From Nemertoderma westbladi (taxonomy: Eukaryota > Animalia > Xenacoelomorpha), in assembly GCA_032718475.1 (NCBI GenBank), contig JAUCBJ010009108.1:78971-142970 (forward strand): a DNA stretch of 64,000 bases. Reading direction: 5' to 3'. This document shows positions 1 through 12,210 of this stretch, one piece after another; position 1 is the stretch's first letter; every line of letters begins with the position of its first letter. The notes under the pieces were generated by a model, which saw only the letters and a program-made list of their open reading frames with translations, was not told the DNA's origin and did not search any database. The translations under genes and the position numbers were made by a program.

Positions 1-792
1 GAATCATTAGAGGGAGCCCAACGGCTCCTCATCTCATTAGAACATGCTGCTCCTAGTGTTGGTCTTTTTATTAACTCCAGAAATACCAAAATTCTGACCG
101 TTAACTTTGAAAGTCCTCAGCAAGTCTCTGATCGGATGAGCATAAGCTCAAAGGATGGTATGCTTGAGCATGTGGACGACTTCTGTTACCTGGGTTCATG
201 GATCCGGAAGTCAGGTGAGGACCTTCGAATATGTAAGGGAAAGGCATGGGCAGCCTTGAATAGGCTTTCCAGGATTTGGAAGTCACCGAGAATTAATCGG
301 AAACTTAAGGTCCGATTATTTAGAGCAGCAGTAGTTCCAGTACTCCTCTACGGGAGTCCATGCTGGGCTCTAACTGCTGAGGACACCAAATCTCTGGATG
401 GCACATTCACAAGAATGCTACGCCGGGTTCATTGTGTCAAGTACAATGCACACATCTCCAACCAGACACTATTTAACATTGGAGGTGTCTCATTGGTTCC
501 CCCAAGCTTGACACTAGAACAAAATCGCCTCCGCTTTGCAGGACATTGCTTTCGCCGTGAGGACCAGCCAGTGCATAATCTTGTATTTGGCAGCCTCATG
601 GAGTGAATAAGCATGGTGGACAGCCCATGACTTTCTTGAGACGCATCTTAAAGGAACCTGGCCTTAAAGATGCGGATGATCTAGCAAATGTCATGGGTGA
701 TAGGGAGTTGTGGCGGTGCAATTTTGTTGACAAGCCGGCACAGCATTCTTAAAAATGCAGCTGCAATGCAGCATGCCGATCCTAGTAGTAGT
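1..792 (+). mobile_element. Non-LTR retrotransposon (RTE-type LINE), 3' part of RT ORF plus 3' UTR and (TAG)n tail, degraded
   Basis: ORF 136-606 has post-RT LINE motifs (HVDDFCYLGSWI, KAWAALNRLSRIWKS, KVRLFRAAVVPVLLYGSPCW, RLRFAGHCFR). Ends in cctagtagtagt. Near-identical to the minus-strand copy at 41366-43008. Confidence 0.9.
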
Positions 793-1173
793 GGCACATA
801 CCATTATAATTTTAAGGCTATAAGGCATATTGTTTGTAAAGTAAATTAATTCGAAATTAACAGGTTAATTTCTATATTAAACTATACATACATAGTATTG
901 TAGGTAGGACACAATTACGTGGCTCCTAATATGTGTCAATTATGTTCCAATTTTGTTTCAACTAAACAGAGACATACTAGTGGCAGCACGTGCGCCAATT
1001 AGCGCACATGGTATCAGCAACACGATGTTAAACTAATCCTTCTGTTGTTGTCGGATTGGTTTTTATTACCTTATTTAAATATGGGAGATATGACGTTTGC
1101 TAAGGTTAATTGTCACTTTCCCAATAGGAATACTGTATGTCACTTGCCCAATGATTCAGTTGCCCAATAAAAA

Positions 1174-1422
1174 GAGACAGGGGGGAAACTCGACGCAAAA
1201 CCCGCCTTGGCGAATTAATATCCCGCCTCAATGTTAAATTCTCAATTTAGGGAAAGGAGCAGCTTACAGTGGCAGGTTATTTTAACCAAAACAATAAACT
1301 AAACACAATAGAACAGGTTACAGTTTTATTTTTGAAAATAAGCAGCTGTTATTTGCGTCGAATTTCCCCTGGAGAGGGATGAATTTTATTGCGTCCAGTC
1401 CCCCCCCCCCCCCCCCCCCCCT
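1174..1422. mobile_element. ~250-bp G-tract/C-tract MITE, copy 1 of 4
   Basis: Starts GAGACAG-G(n)-..GACGCAA and ends TTGCGTCCAGT-C(n). The same sequence recurs at 7665, 20464 and 27222. Confidence 0.8.
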
Positions 1423-1866
1423 ATATGAATAAAAATCAGACGAGTCACTTGCCCATGCCCAATGGGCCACTTGCCCAATAGTTTAAAATAGAAAAGTCAC
1501 TTTCCCAATAGGTCACTTTTGCCCAATACATTACCATTAATTGCCCATTAAAATACCACTTCACTTTTATATGCTTTTAAAATTCTTATCTTGCTTATTA
1601 AACTACTAATTTTATCAATATTGTATGTAAGAGGTGTTCGTAGACAATTAAATGGTTCATTCAAATTTATTATTGACAATATGTTAACTAATTTGTAATA
1701 ATCAATGTAGTATATTAACAGTATGTACACAAACACATCCCTTATATAAGGGTAAATTAACAAAAAGGTAATTATACAGAGATGCAGTGGATCACTATCT
1801 CTTTCCTAGTAAAGATTTGCCCACACCCCCCCCCCCCCCCCCGCTTTTGTTTCCATACAATCCCAG

Positions 1867-3106
1867 GGTGTTCGGACACTTCCCCCCCGGACACTTCCCC
1901 CCCCGGACAGTTCCCCCCCGGACAGTTCCCCCCCGCTCAAGTAGGACACTTCCCCCCCGGACAGTTCCCTCCCGCTCAAGTAGGACACTTCACCCCCGGA
2001 CACTTCCCCCCCCCGGACACTCCCCCCCCCCCCCCCCCGACTGTTCGCACACTAACTTCGCACATTCGTATTTTTCATTTTGTAAGGTAAACGGGCCGCT
2101 TGTATCCAGACAAGTTGTATCCAAATTTCCTTTCGTAGCTCAGAAAGTGATCTTTTGCATCCCGATTTTACATTTTATATCCAAGTTTTATTTATGGGTT
2201 TTATCAATGCAATTACATCGTATTGTTTGCTAATCTTTAAACAATTAATTAGATGACCTATAAATTCCATCCCCCGAATGATATACTGTTTTTATTTTAA
2301 CTATAGAATTATAATAATTAATTGTTTTAATTATAAGTATTATTATGTAATAGTCTTCTTCAAATTGTATCAAATGGGGATGAATATTATTGTTGCAATT
2401 AAAATTATACATCTCCAGGGTAAAATCGACATGCGTCGACCTGTATTCTGTGTTCAGCATTACATATTGATATACATATTACTATACATACATACTATAT
2501 ATATAAATATTATACACACTACATTTTAATTTCCTGGTTACTTGCAATATTTTTAATATGATTTTGTTGAATTATATAATATTGTAGTAATTTATATATT
2601 AATTTGGTTAACATTCAATACAGCTCCTACTTTAGGCTTAGTCAATTTATTATCTGATGATACAAACATGAATTGATTAATTCAAAACGGTCTCAAAGTC
2701 TTTCACCACGGGCACACAGGGAAATGCCGGGGTTTGGGGGCAGCAGCCCCGAACAAAAGAAGCGGGGATTTGGGGGCGGCAGCCCCCAAGAAAAGAAGCG
2801 GGGGTTTGGGGGCGGCAGCCCCCAAGAAAAGAAGCAGGGGTTTGGGGGCGGCAGCCTCCAACAAAAGAAGCGGGGGTTTGGGGGCGGCAGCCCCCAATTG
2901 AAAGAAAAACAAACAAAATTTGACTATAAAAATGTTTCTTTTATAATTTTGAAAAAACTTGTCGAGGTACAACTTGTTCCGTAACCATCTTTAACTTTTG
3001 TTTATTGCTTTGATGCACCCAGATTAAGGGCAAGTGTCCGGGGGGGGGGGAGTGTCGGGGGGGAAGTGTCCGGAGGGAACTGTCCGGGGGGAAGTGTCCT
3101 AGATCC
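1867..3106. mobile_element. MULE/foldback-type non-autonomous DNA transposon with repetitive TIRs
   Basis: Left arm has tandem GGACACTTCCCCCCC and right arm has GGGGGAAGTGTCC. Flanking direct repeat (c)aatcccag at 1858-1866 and 3106-3114 gives an 8-9 bp TSD. Confidence 0.8.
2728..2900. repeat. 36-bp tandem repeat x5 (GGGGTTTGGGGGCGGCAGCCCCCAAGAAAAGAAGCG)
   Basis: Directly visible; lies inside the 1867-3106 element. Confidence 0.9.
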
Positions 3107-3935
3107 AATCCCAGAATATTTTATTGCGTTGTTTAAATCTCATAGTATGAAAGGGACTGCACTGGGATAACATGTTTGTAATTGTTGAAACTATAGTGGC
3201 GTGCTATTGCATCATATCTTGCTCAAAATTCAATATTTGAAGTGGGGTTGCAATATAAAAAAAAACTGCAAAATATTGACACAGTTCAGTTTAAATATTG
3301 ACACAACAATATAATATTGACACAGTACAATATAATATTGACAAAGTACAATATAATATTGACACAGTACAGTTTAAATATTGACGCAGTACAGTTTAAA
3401 TATTGATGCAGTACTTAAATATTGACACAGTTCAGTTTTAATATTGACGCTGTACAATACTGTATGAAATGACAATTCAAATTTCCCTCTCCACACATAC
3501 ATGTACTATTTGATTGGATAGTTAATCCAATGTACCACCAGTACATAGATGTCAGTGCCATACAGTACGTCATTCCTTATCCTCACTGCTTTAATATAAA
3601 AGTACAGTGATGTACTAAGGCATACTGCAGTGGAGTACATTTAGTACTAACGCTTAGATGTTGAATTTACAATTCAGATATCAGCCACTCAGGTTGTCAG
3701 GTAATAGGAATAACCTCATTAAATATTAGCCAATTAGGAGACAACTGCTACACAGGGTATTGAATGATTTATAAAATAAGCAGACTGATAGCTCGCTGCC
3801 CGTTATTTCAACAATACCGGTACAACAGCAATAATGTTAATTCAGTAATTTTGTTGTTTTATTACTGTACTGTATTCTGTATTCGCAATAATTTTTATTG
3901 TCTGTTTAAATCCTTTTTTTGTCCTTTTTTTTTGT

Positions 3936-4120
3936 CTTTTTATGTCCTCCAGAAATCTACCGTTAGGTTCCATGCTACCGGTTTCTCTACTGCTGTTCTC
4001 TCAGGCTATCAGTACCGGTATTAGTTTTTTTTTTACTTTTTATGTCCTCCAGAAATGTACCGTTAGGTTCCATGCTACCGGTTTCTCTACTGCTGTTCTC
4101 TCAGGCTATCAGTACCGGTA
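3936..4120. repeat. ~99-bp tandem duplication
   Basis: ttttatgtcctccagaaat.taccgttaggttccatgctaccgg...cagtaccggta occurs twice. Confidence 0.85.
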
Positions 4121-4267
4121 TATAGAGCACTATTTTGCAGTATTGCATGTACAGATGTAGGTATAAAGCAGGTATTTTAGTACCGGTACCGGCACCGGTA
4201 CTGCTGTAGGCCTACTGTGTAGCCTACCATTTAAATACGGTACTGGTAGGCCTACCGGCTAACCGGT

Positions 4268-4930
4268 TGTTTTCGTTAGAAAATCCCGCCTCTGTAACCT
4301 GCTCCTTTCCCTGATTTGGTAAAAGTGACCGTTTATTGTTTTGGTTAGAAATCCCGCCTCTGTAACCTGCTCCTTTCCTTCATTTTGTAAAGTGACTGTT
4401 TATTGTTTTGGTTAGAAAATCCCGCCTCTGTAACCTGCCCCTTTCCCTCAATTAGTTAAGTGATCGTTTATGTTTTGGTTAGGAAATCCCGCCTCTGTAA
4501 CCTGCTCCTTTCTCTCAATTGGTAATGTTATCGTTTATTGTTTTGGTTAGAAAATCCCGTCTCTGTAACCTGCTCCTTTCCCTGATTTGGTAAAGTGACT
4601 GTTTATTGTTTTGGTTAGAAAATCCCGCCTCTGTAACCTGCTCCTTTCTCTCAATTGGTAATGTTATCGTTTGTTTTCGTTAGAAACTCCCGTCTCTGTA
4701 ACCTGCTCCTTTCCTTGATTTGGTAAAGTGACTGTTTATTGTTTTGGTTAGAAAATCCCGCCTCTGTATCCCGCTTCTTTCCCTCAATTAGTTAAATGAT
4801 CGTTTATTGTTTTGGTTAGAAAGGCCCGCCCCTGTAACCTGCTCCTTTCCTTCATTTGGTAATGTAACTGTTTATTGTTTTGGTTAGAAAATCCGGCCTT
4901 AACCTGCTCCTTTCCATCAATTGGTAATTG
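4268..4930. repeat. ~60-70-bp minisatellite (AAAATCCCGCCTCTGTAACCTGCTCCTTTCCC...GTTTATTGTTTTGGTTAG), about 10 units
   Basis: Directly visible. The reverse complement array is at 13349-14268. Confidence 0.9.
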
Positions 4931-5623
4931 TTTTTGGCTATAAAATGAGTGTTTTGCTACGTCATGTGGTAATCGATTATCGACAACAACCACAAACTAT
5001 TAAATTTTTTAATAAATAATTAAACTTATTAAATTCTTTTTACCACAGGCGCATATGGAAATCTATCTCATAGTCTATAAATCGTGGAATAATTGAATGT
5101 TTTGGCACAGGCATAGTGAAACCAACTGTCCGACAGACCAGAAATCAACAAATTTTGAATGTTTTGGCATAGGCATGTTGAAATCAACTGTCTGACAGTC
5201 CAGAAATCAGCAGTCTGACATAAAAAAACATAATAACAAAAAATACATAAAAAGTCATTAAAAGGACAACAAAAGTCATTAAAGGGACAACAAAAGTCAT
5301 TATGCACAATTCGTAAAAAAAGGAGGACAAAAAAGTCAAATAAAAGGACATAAAAAATCACTCCTTATGTATTTATTAGCTAGGCCTATGTACTGTATTA
5401 TTAATTTTGAAGTTATTAATTTCTCTTGACTGTTAGGCCATACTGTGCGTGGTAGGCCTCTTATGTATGGCATCATATCTGGCTCAAAATTCAATATTTG
5501 AAGTGGGTGTTGCAATATTTACAAAAACTGCAAAATATTGACACAGCACAATATAATATTGACACAGTTCAATACAATATTGACACAGTTCAATATAATA
5601 TTGACACAGTACAGTATAATATT

Positions 5624-6209
5624 TGTAGGCCTTGGTATGTTAAGACTGTGATGGGATCCGAGAGGATCCCGGTTTATCCGGTGTTGTTTCGTACGCGTCA
5701 GCCGCACCGTGTGATGGAAAAGGAGTTTGTTGTTCCAGTATTGTTAATAATATGAAATAGGTGATAGCATATACAGATATAGATTGACAGATAGCACCAA
5801 TGACTGAATACTGCTGGTAATATGGGTGACGGTGGCGACGGTCTTAACAGTCACCGTACTGCCTGACTGTACTGGGATGACTACTGAGTAAACTAAACTG
5901 AATAGGGAAGCACCAACAGGTAATATACTGCACAGTTGGCCATATTACTGTATCTAGTCGATGCTGTCCCCCCATTGGCTAATATCCCACTTCTCGCCCT
6001 TTCACCTTCCCTGGTGTGTTTCCCGTTGCCCCTGTTGTTCTCTCTCTGTCAGGGGTTTGGCCCCTGACCCTTATTGTGTGTTTCTCCTTCCCACTTTATT
6101 GGGGTGACACGAGGTTGATATTGGTAATCAACCTCGTGCTCCCAATATTGCTTCACAGTTTAATGGCTCACTCCATGGGGTTTGGTTAGCGGAATTGGAT
6201 AAGCTAACA
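5624..6209. mobile_element. Solo LTR inserted in the 21-22-bp TIR satellite
   Basis: TGTAGGC...GCTAACA (TG..CA) ends, 586 bp, 5-bp TSD ATATT (5619-5623 and 6210-6214). The satellite resumes in register after it. Confidence 0.75.
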
Positions 6210-6875
6210 ATATTGACACAGTGTACAGTATAATATTGACACAGTACAGTGTAATATTGACGCAGTACAGTTTAAATATTGACACAGTACAGTACAGTAT
6301 AATATTGACACAGTACAGTTTAAATATTGACACAGTACAGTTTAAATATTGACACAGAACAGTTTAAATATTGACACAGTACAGTATAATATTGACACAG
6401 TTCAATATAATATTGACACAGTACAGTATAATATTGACACAGTTCAATATAATATTGATACAGTACAGTATAATATTGACACAGTACAGTATAATATTGA
6501 CACAGTACAGTATAATATTGACACAGTACAGTTTAAATATTGACACAGTACAGTATAATATTGACACAGTACAGTTTAAATATTGACACAGTACAGTTTA
6601 AATATTGACACAGTACAGTTTAAATATTGACACAGTACAGTATAATATTGACACAGTACAGTTTAAATATTGACACAGTACAGTTTAAATATTGACACAG
6701 TACAGTTTAAATATTGACATAGTACAGTATAATATTGACACAGTACAGTTTAAATATTGACACAGTACAGTTTAAATATTGACACAGTACAGTTTAAATA
6801 TTGACACAGTACAGTTTAAATATTGACACAGTACAGTATAATATTGACACAGTACAGTTTAAATATTGACACAAT
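6210..6875. repeat. 21-22-bp satellite (AATATTGACACAGTACAGTAT / ...GTTTA) within IS3EU TIRs
   Basis: About 30 units here. The same unit occurs at 3270-3460 and 5533-5620, and inverted at 11590-11845 and 12550-13045. Confidence 0.95.
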
Positions 6876-7664
6876 ATAAATGACTATTCAAATTTCCCTC
6901 CGCGCACATCCCTTTTGATTGGATAGAAAGTGGGATGTTGTACAGTCCCAATCCCAATAAACATTAACTTGGTCGTTTTGGCGGCCAAAATGACCAAAAT
7001 CGCCAAAAAAATGTAGTGTATTCCTATGGGCTACTTGGTCGTTTTGGCGAAGCGATTTAACTCGACTCAGTCAAGTCCAGACAGCCCGTCTCCTTGGACA
7101 TCCATTTGGTTGCTCTGACTAAATGTCGGCTCTCTTTCATTTTTATTATTGACAGATTGTTAACTTACCTGGAGCTGAGTCGGGCCTTTCAGTTGTAGTA
7201 AAGACCACCCACTGAGGCATACAGCACAGGCTAATACGTAATAAGGGAGTTAGTTGAATGCGGCTTTGTTAAAAGGAGGAGTATGTATAATAATCGGATT
7301 TTGTGTGTTATTATTAGATAATCACTTCTCACCTTTTCCTTTGTGTAGCTTCAGTTTAGAGTCATTATGAAATGGCAACGTGTTCTGTATGAAGGCGTCC
7401 TAATTATAGTTTTATAGTTAGAAGCTGGGTCTGTGACAGGGCGAGAGGTAGCTATTAAATAGCGACACTCAGTCTCGAACGAGTTCGGTATACTGATGAA
7501 ATTCAGATTAGACGGCGCGGCCTATTTCTAGTAGCTGGGTCTGAATTCGAGGGCGGCGGCGATAGTAACTGAAAACATTATAATATCAGGCTCTGGCTCT
7601 GTGCTAACAGTCAACAGAGTCGGCATATTTGGGTGAATTTATGATGATGTAATTATTATTTATC

Positions 7665-7904
7665 GAGACAGGGGGGGGGGGGGGGGGGGACTGGACGCAA
7701 AACTCGCCTTGGCGAATTAATATCCCGCCTCAATGTTAAATTCTCAATTTAGGGAAAGGAGCAGGTTATAGTGGCACGTTATTTTAACCAAAACAATAAA
7801 TTAAACATAAATGAACATTACAGTTTTATTTTTGAGAGTAATCATCTGTTATTTACGTCAAATCTCCCCTGGAGAGTGATGAATTTTTATTGCGTCCAGT
7901 CCCT
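7665..7904. mobile_element. G-tract MITE copy 2 (part of the composite Tc1/mariner-type element)
   Basis: Same sequence as 1174-1422, at the same internal position in both Tc1-type copies. Confidence 0.8.
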
Positions 7905-8305
7905 TACTGTATTTATGAGAGCATTTATAATATAGCGTACTAAACAGCTAAATAAAGAAAAATCTATGTAAAGTACTTTTCTCATATTTTAAAGAATTTT
8001 TACAAATTAAATATATGAACTTGTTATTTTTATTACCAATTGAATAGAATTAAAGTAAATAATTAATTATTACGCTGCAAGTGCTAGCACACTGCTTATA
8101 ACCTAAGTGACAGGTAAAGGTGTGTCAATTATTAGATTACTAAAAAATATGTAGAAAATAATAAGTTAGGGCGGGCGCCTCACACAGCACTCTTACAGGC
8201 ATGTTTACTACAGTGGCGAGCCCAGCCATTACTACACTGGAGCCTTTCTCTCTACCTAAAGGTATAGAGAACTCTACATCAGCGCCAACATGCTGGGCTT
8301 TACTT

Positions 8306-9497
8306 GGTATACAGACGTTTCGGCCTAGGACGTTTCGGTCCAGGACGTTTCGGCCCGGACATTTCGGCCCGGACGATTCGGCCCGGACGTTTCGGCCCAT
8401 GACTGTAACTTAATGAAAAGGCCAACTTGTTTGATATGATAATAATTATTCATTAAAATTATAATTATTTCACAATAACATACAAACACTTAATAAAATA
8501 TCTTTCATGAAATGGCTATTTAATTTTATCTTTATTTCAAAATAAAATAAACATTAGGGAAGTGGTGTTCTGGTTACTGGTTCCATAGACAATTCGCCAT
8601 CAGTTATGTTATGCGGCCGAAAAAATGCAAGTCAGAACAAATCTATTGGTCTCGAGTACCACATTGCTAATCCTAATATACAGTACTACCAAAGTGAATC
8701 AATTTCACGACCCATGTAGAGCTTATATCTCGTCTGATCGATATATTTTGGAGATACTTCATTAACTTTAAACATTACTCAATTGATAATTCTTGTAGCT
8801 GGACAGTGTATTGCAGCTATGTCTTAATGATCTGTTGAAACAATAACTCTCATCTTCGATGATAGTGATAGATGATTTTGATTTATACTGATAGATAGAT
8901 AACGACGTATAATGCTTTTATTAATACATATGCTTTTAATACATATTTTATTTCACTTCACATCCACTCTGGTCCTTTTAATGCGCATACATTTCATCTA
9001 AATTTAAATTTAATACGCATACATTTCATCTAAATTTAAATTTAATACGCATATATTTCATCTAAATTTAAATTTAATACGCATATATTTTATCTCATTC
9101 CATATGACATCCTGTCTGTCTCTTAATTATTAGCAATGCTCCTATAATGAAATATTTCTTATCTATTATATTTTTAAGACCAACATTAAAATACAGTAAT
9201 AATTTTAATTCGGTTTATTTTAATGTACTTAATTTATTGACTCACATTTTAAAATACGTATGTTTTTTTATGGGGGAAACCCCATCATCATAATACGTTC
9301 CTACTGACAACTCCTCTTGTAACGAACGTAACAACTACAAAACAAATATATTGAATAACTTATTTATTATTAATAGCTTATTTAAGGGAGTAAAGTGAAT
9401 CTTTGGGCCAAAACGTCCGACAAGCAAATCTTGTATTTCATTCATTGGGCCGAAACGTCCTAGGCCAAAACGTCTTAGACCGAAACGTCTGTTACCC
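8306..9497. mobile_element. MULE-type non-autonomous element with 15-bp subterminal repeats
   Basis: GGTATACAGACGTTTCGG...CCGAAACGTCTGTTACCC with a 9-bp TSD gctttactt (8297-8305 and 9498-9506). Absent from the sister copy near 27875. Confidence 0.9.
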
Positions 9498-9740
9498 GCT
9501 TTACTTACACTCAGCATCTATTCACTGGCTGTGATTGACAAGCCAACGTGCCTCAGCAGTTCCTTTCATGAATACCGCAGTTTTTACTTGGCCATTTTGG
9601 TAATTTTGGCCGCCAAAATGACCAAGTTAATGTTTATTGGGATTGGGACTGTACCAGTGTACAGCAGTATTACTATACTAAATTAGGCCTACTGTCTGAC
9701 TGTGAACAGACTGTTAGCAAGATACATAGATATATGACAT

Positions 9741-10740
9741 ATGGATGACCTGTCGGCGTCTGTAGTTAGTGGATCTGAGCTCTTTCTGCGAGATTTAGAG
9801 AAAGTTCTTGAGTCATGTTTACGCTTTGCGAGGGACAATTCACACGAAATACATGGACAATATACACACGCCGGTTGTAAGTTGGTGTATGGAATCCTAA
9901 AGGCGACGGGGATCAAAGTACAGATGAATAGAGTTCACAGAATTCTAACTGAAGTTGACCCTGTTTTATCTTCTCAACGATGGGGCGCCCTCGTCACCCG
10001 AAGGAAATACTTTGTTCCTGGGGCAAATTCTCTGTGGCATATAGATGGACATCACAGTTTGATAAGGTTGGTTTGCTTTTTTGTAAGCATTTAAATTAGG
10101 CCCAATCCTAAATATCTTATACAATAAACAATAATTATACTGATTGATGATACAGATTTTCAGTTTGGATAGTGAAAATCCCTTTGCAAAATGGTGGTGA
10201 GTGGGATTTGAACACGGAACTTGGCTTAATAGTCATCAACCAATTAAGCTACCGGTATATTACTGTATACAGTAGTGTTTTACAGTTCATAACTATACAG
10301 TATTTATTTATATTGGTCTTAGATTATATTTATTTTATATTTTAATTGTTATACAGATGGGGTATTATTATTCATGGAGGAGTTGATGGATACTCTCGGT
10401 CGATAGTATATCTACGAGCCAGTTCAAATAACCGTGCAGAGACTGTGTTTACGTCCTTCATCGAAGCAATCAATTTGTTTGGATTTCCATCAAGAGTTCG
10501 TGGTGACAAAGGTGGCGGCGAAAATCGCCGAGTCGCTGATTGGATGATCGAATACTAAGGAACAGATAGAGGAAGCTATATTGCTGGCCGGAGCACCCAT
10601 AACCAGCGTATAGAGCGGCTATGGCGGGATGTATTTAGAGTATATAGTATGTCATTTATACTACAATTTATTTTACTTCTTAGAGCAAAACTCATTACTT
10701 AATTTTGATAACAATAATTTTGATTTACATTGTTACACTG
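9741..10740 (+). pseudogene. IS3EU/IS481-like DDE integrase-core transposase, two exons, disrupted
   Basis: Splicing 10067-10356 (AG|GT...TACAG|A) yields WHIDGHHSLIRWGIIIHGGVDGYSR...RVRGDKGG.EN...[16 protein letters not shown] (D,D,E triad). In-frame TAA at 10556-10558 and a frameshift near 10635. Confidence 0.88.
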
Positions 10741-12131
10741 TTAATCATACTCTAAGTTATTGGCTGTATACACTTGGATCTCAGTCACAACTGGCGCTAC
10801 GAGAGACTTGATCCCATGCCGAATTTCAAGTCCATCTTGCTACCCAAACATTGAAACTAAGATCGATTATTTTTTAATTATATTCGGTACGGATCATGAC
10901 TTCGCGCAGCACGAGCTAATATACAAATGACACAGACATTATAATGTAGCTATGAAAAAACACTAAAACAATCTATGAGTCTATTAATATTTTCAATGTT
11001 CAGGAGTAAGTACCAGTACTCAGTCATATTCTCCCAAATCCTGCGCCAGATTCGAAATATGAATTAATAAACTGTTGTTTCATTCCGTCCTCTGAGATTA
11101 TATGGCGTGGGATTATAAGTTGTTTGGCGCAAGTGGAATATGTCAAACGACACCTGCAGCCATCACTATAACTACGATTTAAAGATTACGGTTAAGTTGG
11201 CTGTCATAACGGGACTAGTAGAGCCAAATAAGGAAGGCTACCAGCGGACCGATTCACGGTACTGCGGTATGGGTCATGGGTAGTGCTGTAGTGTTGTGTA
11301 TGCGTGCCAGTCATTGCAGCATTGAGTCATTATTTACAGTACAGCAGTGGGCCTACAGGAATGGAACCATGGAACTGCAGTAGGCCTTAGTACTGTTGTA
11401 CAGCACTAAACTGCAGTACTGCTATAAGTAATGAAGGTAGTAATGAATGGCGTGTAGTACCATGGCCTACGTAGTACATAGTAAGGAATTATGCCTGTAC
11501 TGCTGTATGCTGTACTGCATACTCCTACATTGTGGATTAAATCCAATAAAAAAAGTACATGTATGGAGAGGGAAATTTGAATTGTCATTTCATATTGTGT
11601 CAATTTTTAATAAACTACTGTGTCAATATTTAAACTGTACTGTGTCAATATTATACTGTACTGTGTCAATATATACTGTACCGTGTAAATATTTAAACTG
11701 TACTGTGTCAATTTATACTGTACTATGTCAATATTTAAACAGTACTGTGTCAATTTTATACTGTACTGTGTCAATATTATATTGAACTGTGTCAATATTA
11801 TATTGAACTGTGTCAATATTATATAGTGCTGTGTCAATATTTTGCAGTTTTTTTAAATATTGCAACACCCACTTCAAATATTGAATTTTGAGCCAGATAT
11901 GTATGATGCCATATCTTATGTATTTATTGTATGTATTATTAATTAGGGCCTGCCTACTGGCCTAGGCCTACTTTGTTATGAACTTTCAGTTTTTGTTAGC
12001 CAATCGCAATGTCATTTTCATGCACTGAGTGCGGAATGGTTTTCAAACGCAGTGGGTTTTATAAAAAACACCTGCGTTTGAAATTGAAACACCTTGATGT
12101 TACTCCTCCAACTCAAGAGTTAGTTGTTCAC

Positions 12132-12210
12132 ATGCCTGCATGCGACAAATGTGACCTCTCCTACAACCTGCAGCTTTAGTTTAAAGAGACATGTGATTGA
12201 GAAGCACCCC
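12132..12210 (+). pseudogene. Frameshifted C2H2 zinc-finger remnant inside the outer IS3EU-type element
   Basis: Removing one base near 12165 gives MPACDKCDLSYTCSFSLKRHVIEKHP, a C-x2-C-x3-Y-x5-L-x2-H-x4-H pattern. Confidence 0.6.

Larger units (their letters stand above)
6943..9651. mobile_element. Tc1/mariner-type non-autonomous element (CAGT..ACTG, TA TSD), copy 1, carrying a MULE insertion
   Basis: TIR CAGTCCCAATCCCAATAAACATTAACTTGG, with TA on both sides. The empty site matches the paralogous arm at 12460-12500. Near-identical to 26500-28026. Confidence 0.9.
5466..11913 (+). mobile_element. Inner IS3EU-type DNA transposon with TAT...ATA termini and long satellite-containing TIRs
   Basis: TIR TATGGCATCATATCTGGCTCAAAATTCAATATTTGAAGTGGGTGTTGC at 5466, inverted copy ending at 11913. 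Flanked by tcttatg at 5459-5465 and 11914-11920. Encodes an IS3/IS481-like DDE integrase. Confidence 0.85.

Noticed and set aside
2673-2984. GFGGGSPQEKKR neuropeptide-precursor-like ORF
   Set aside because: The KKR spacing arises from a 36-bp DNA repeat inside a MITE. There is no ATG start or signal peptide.
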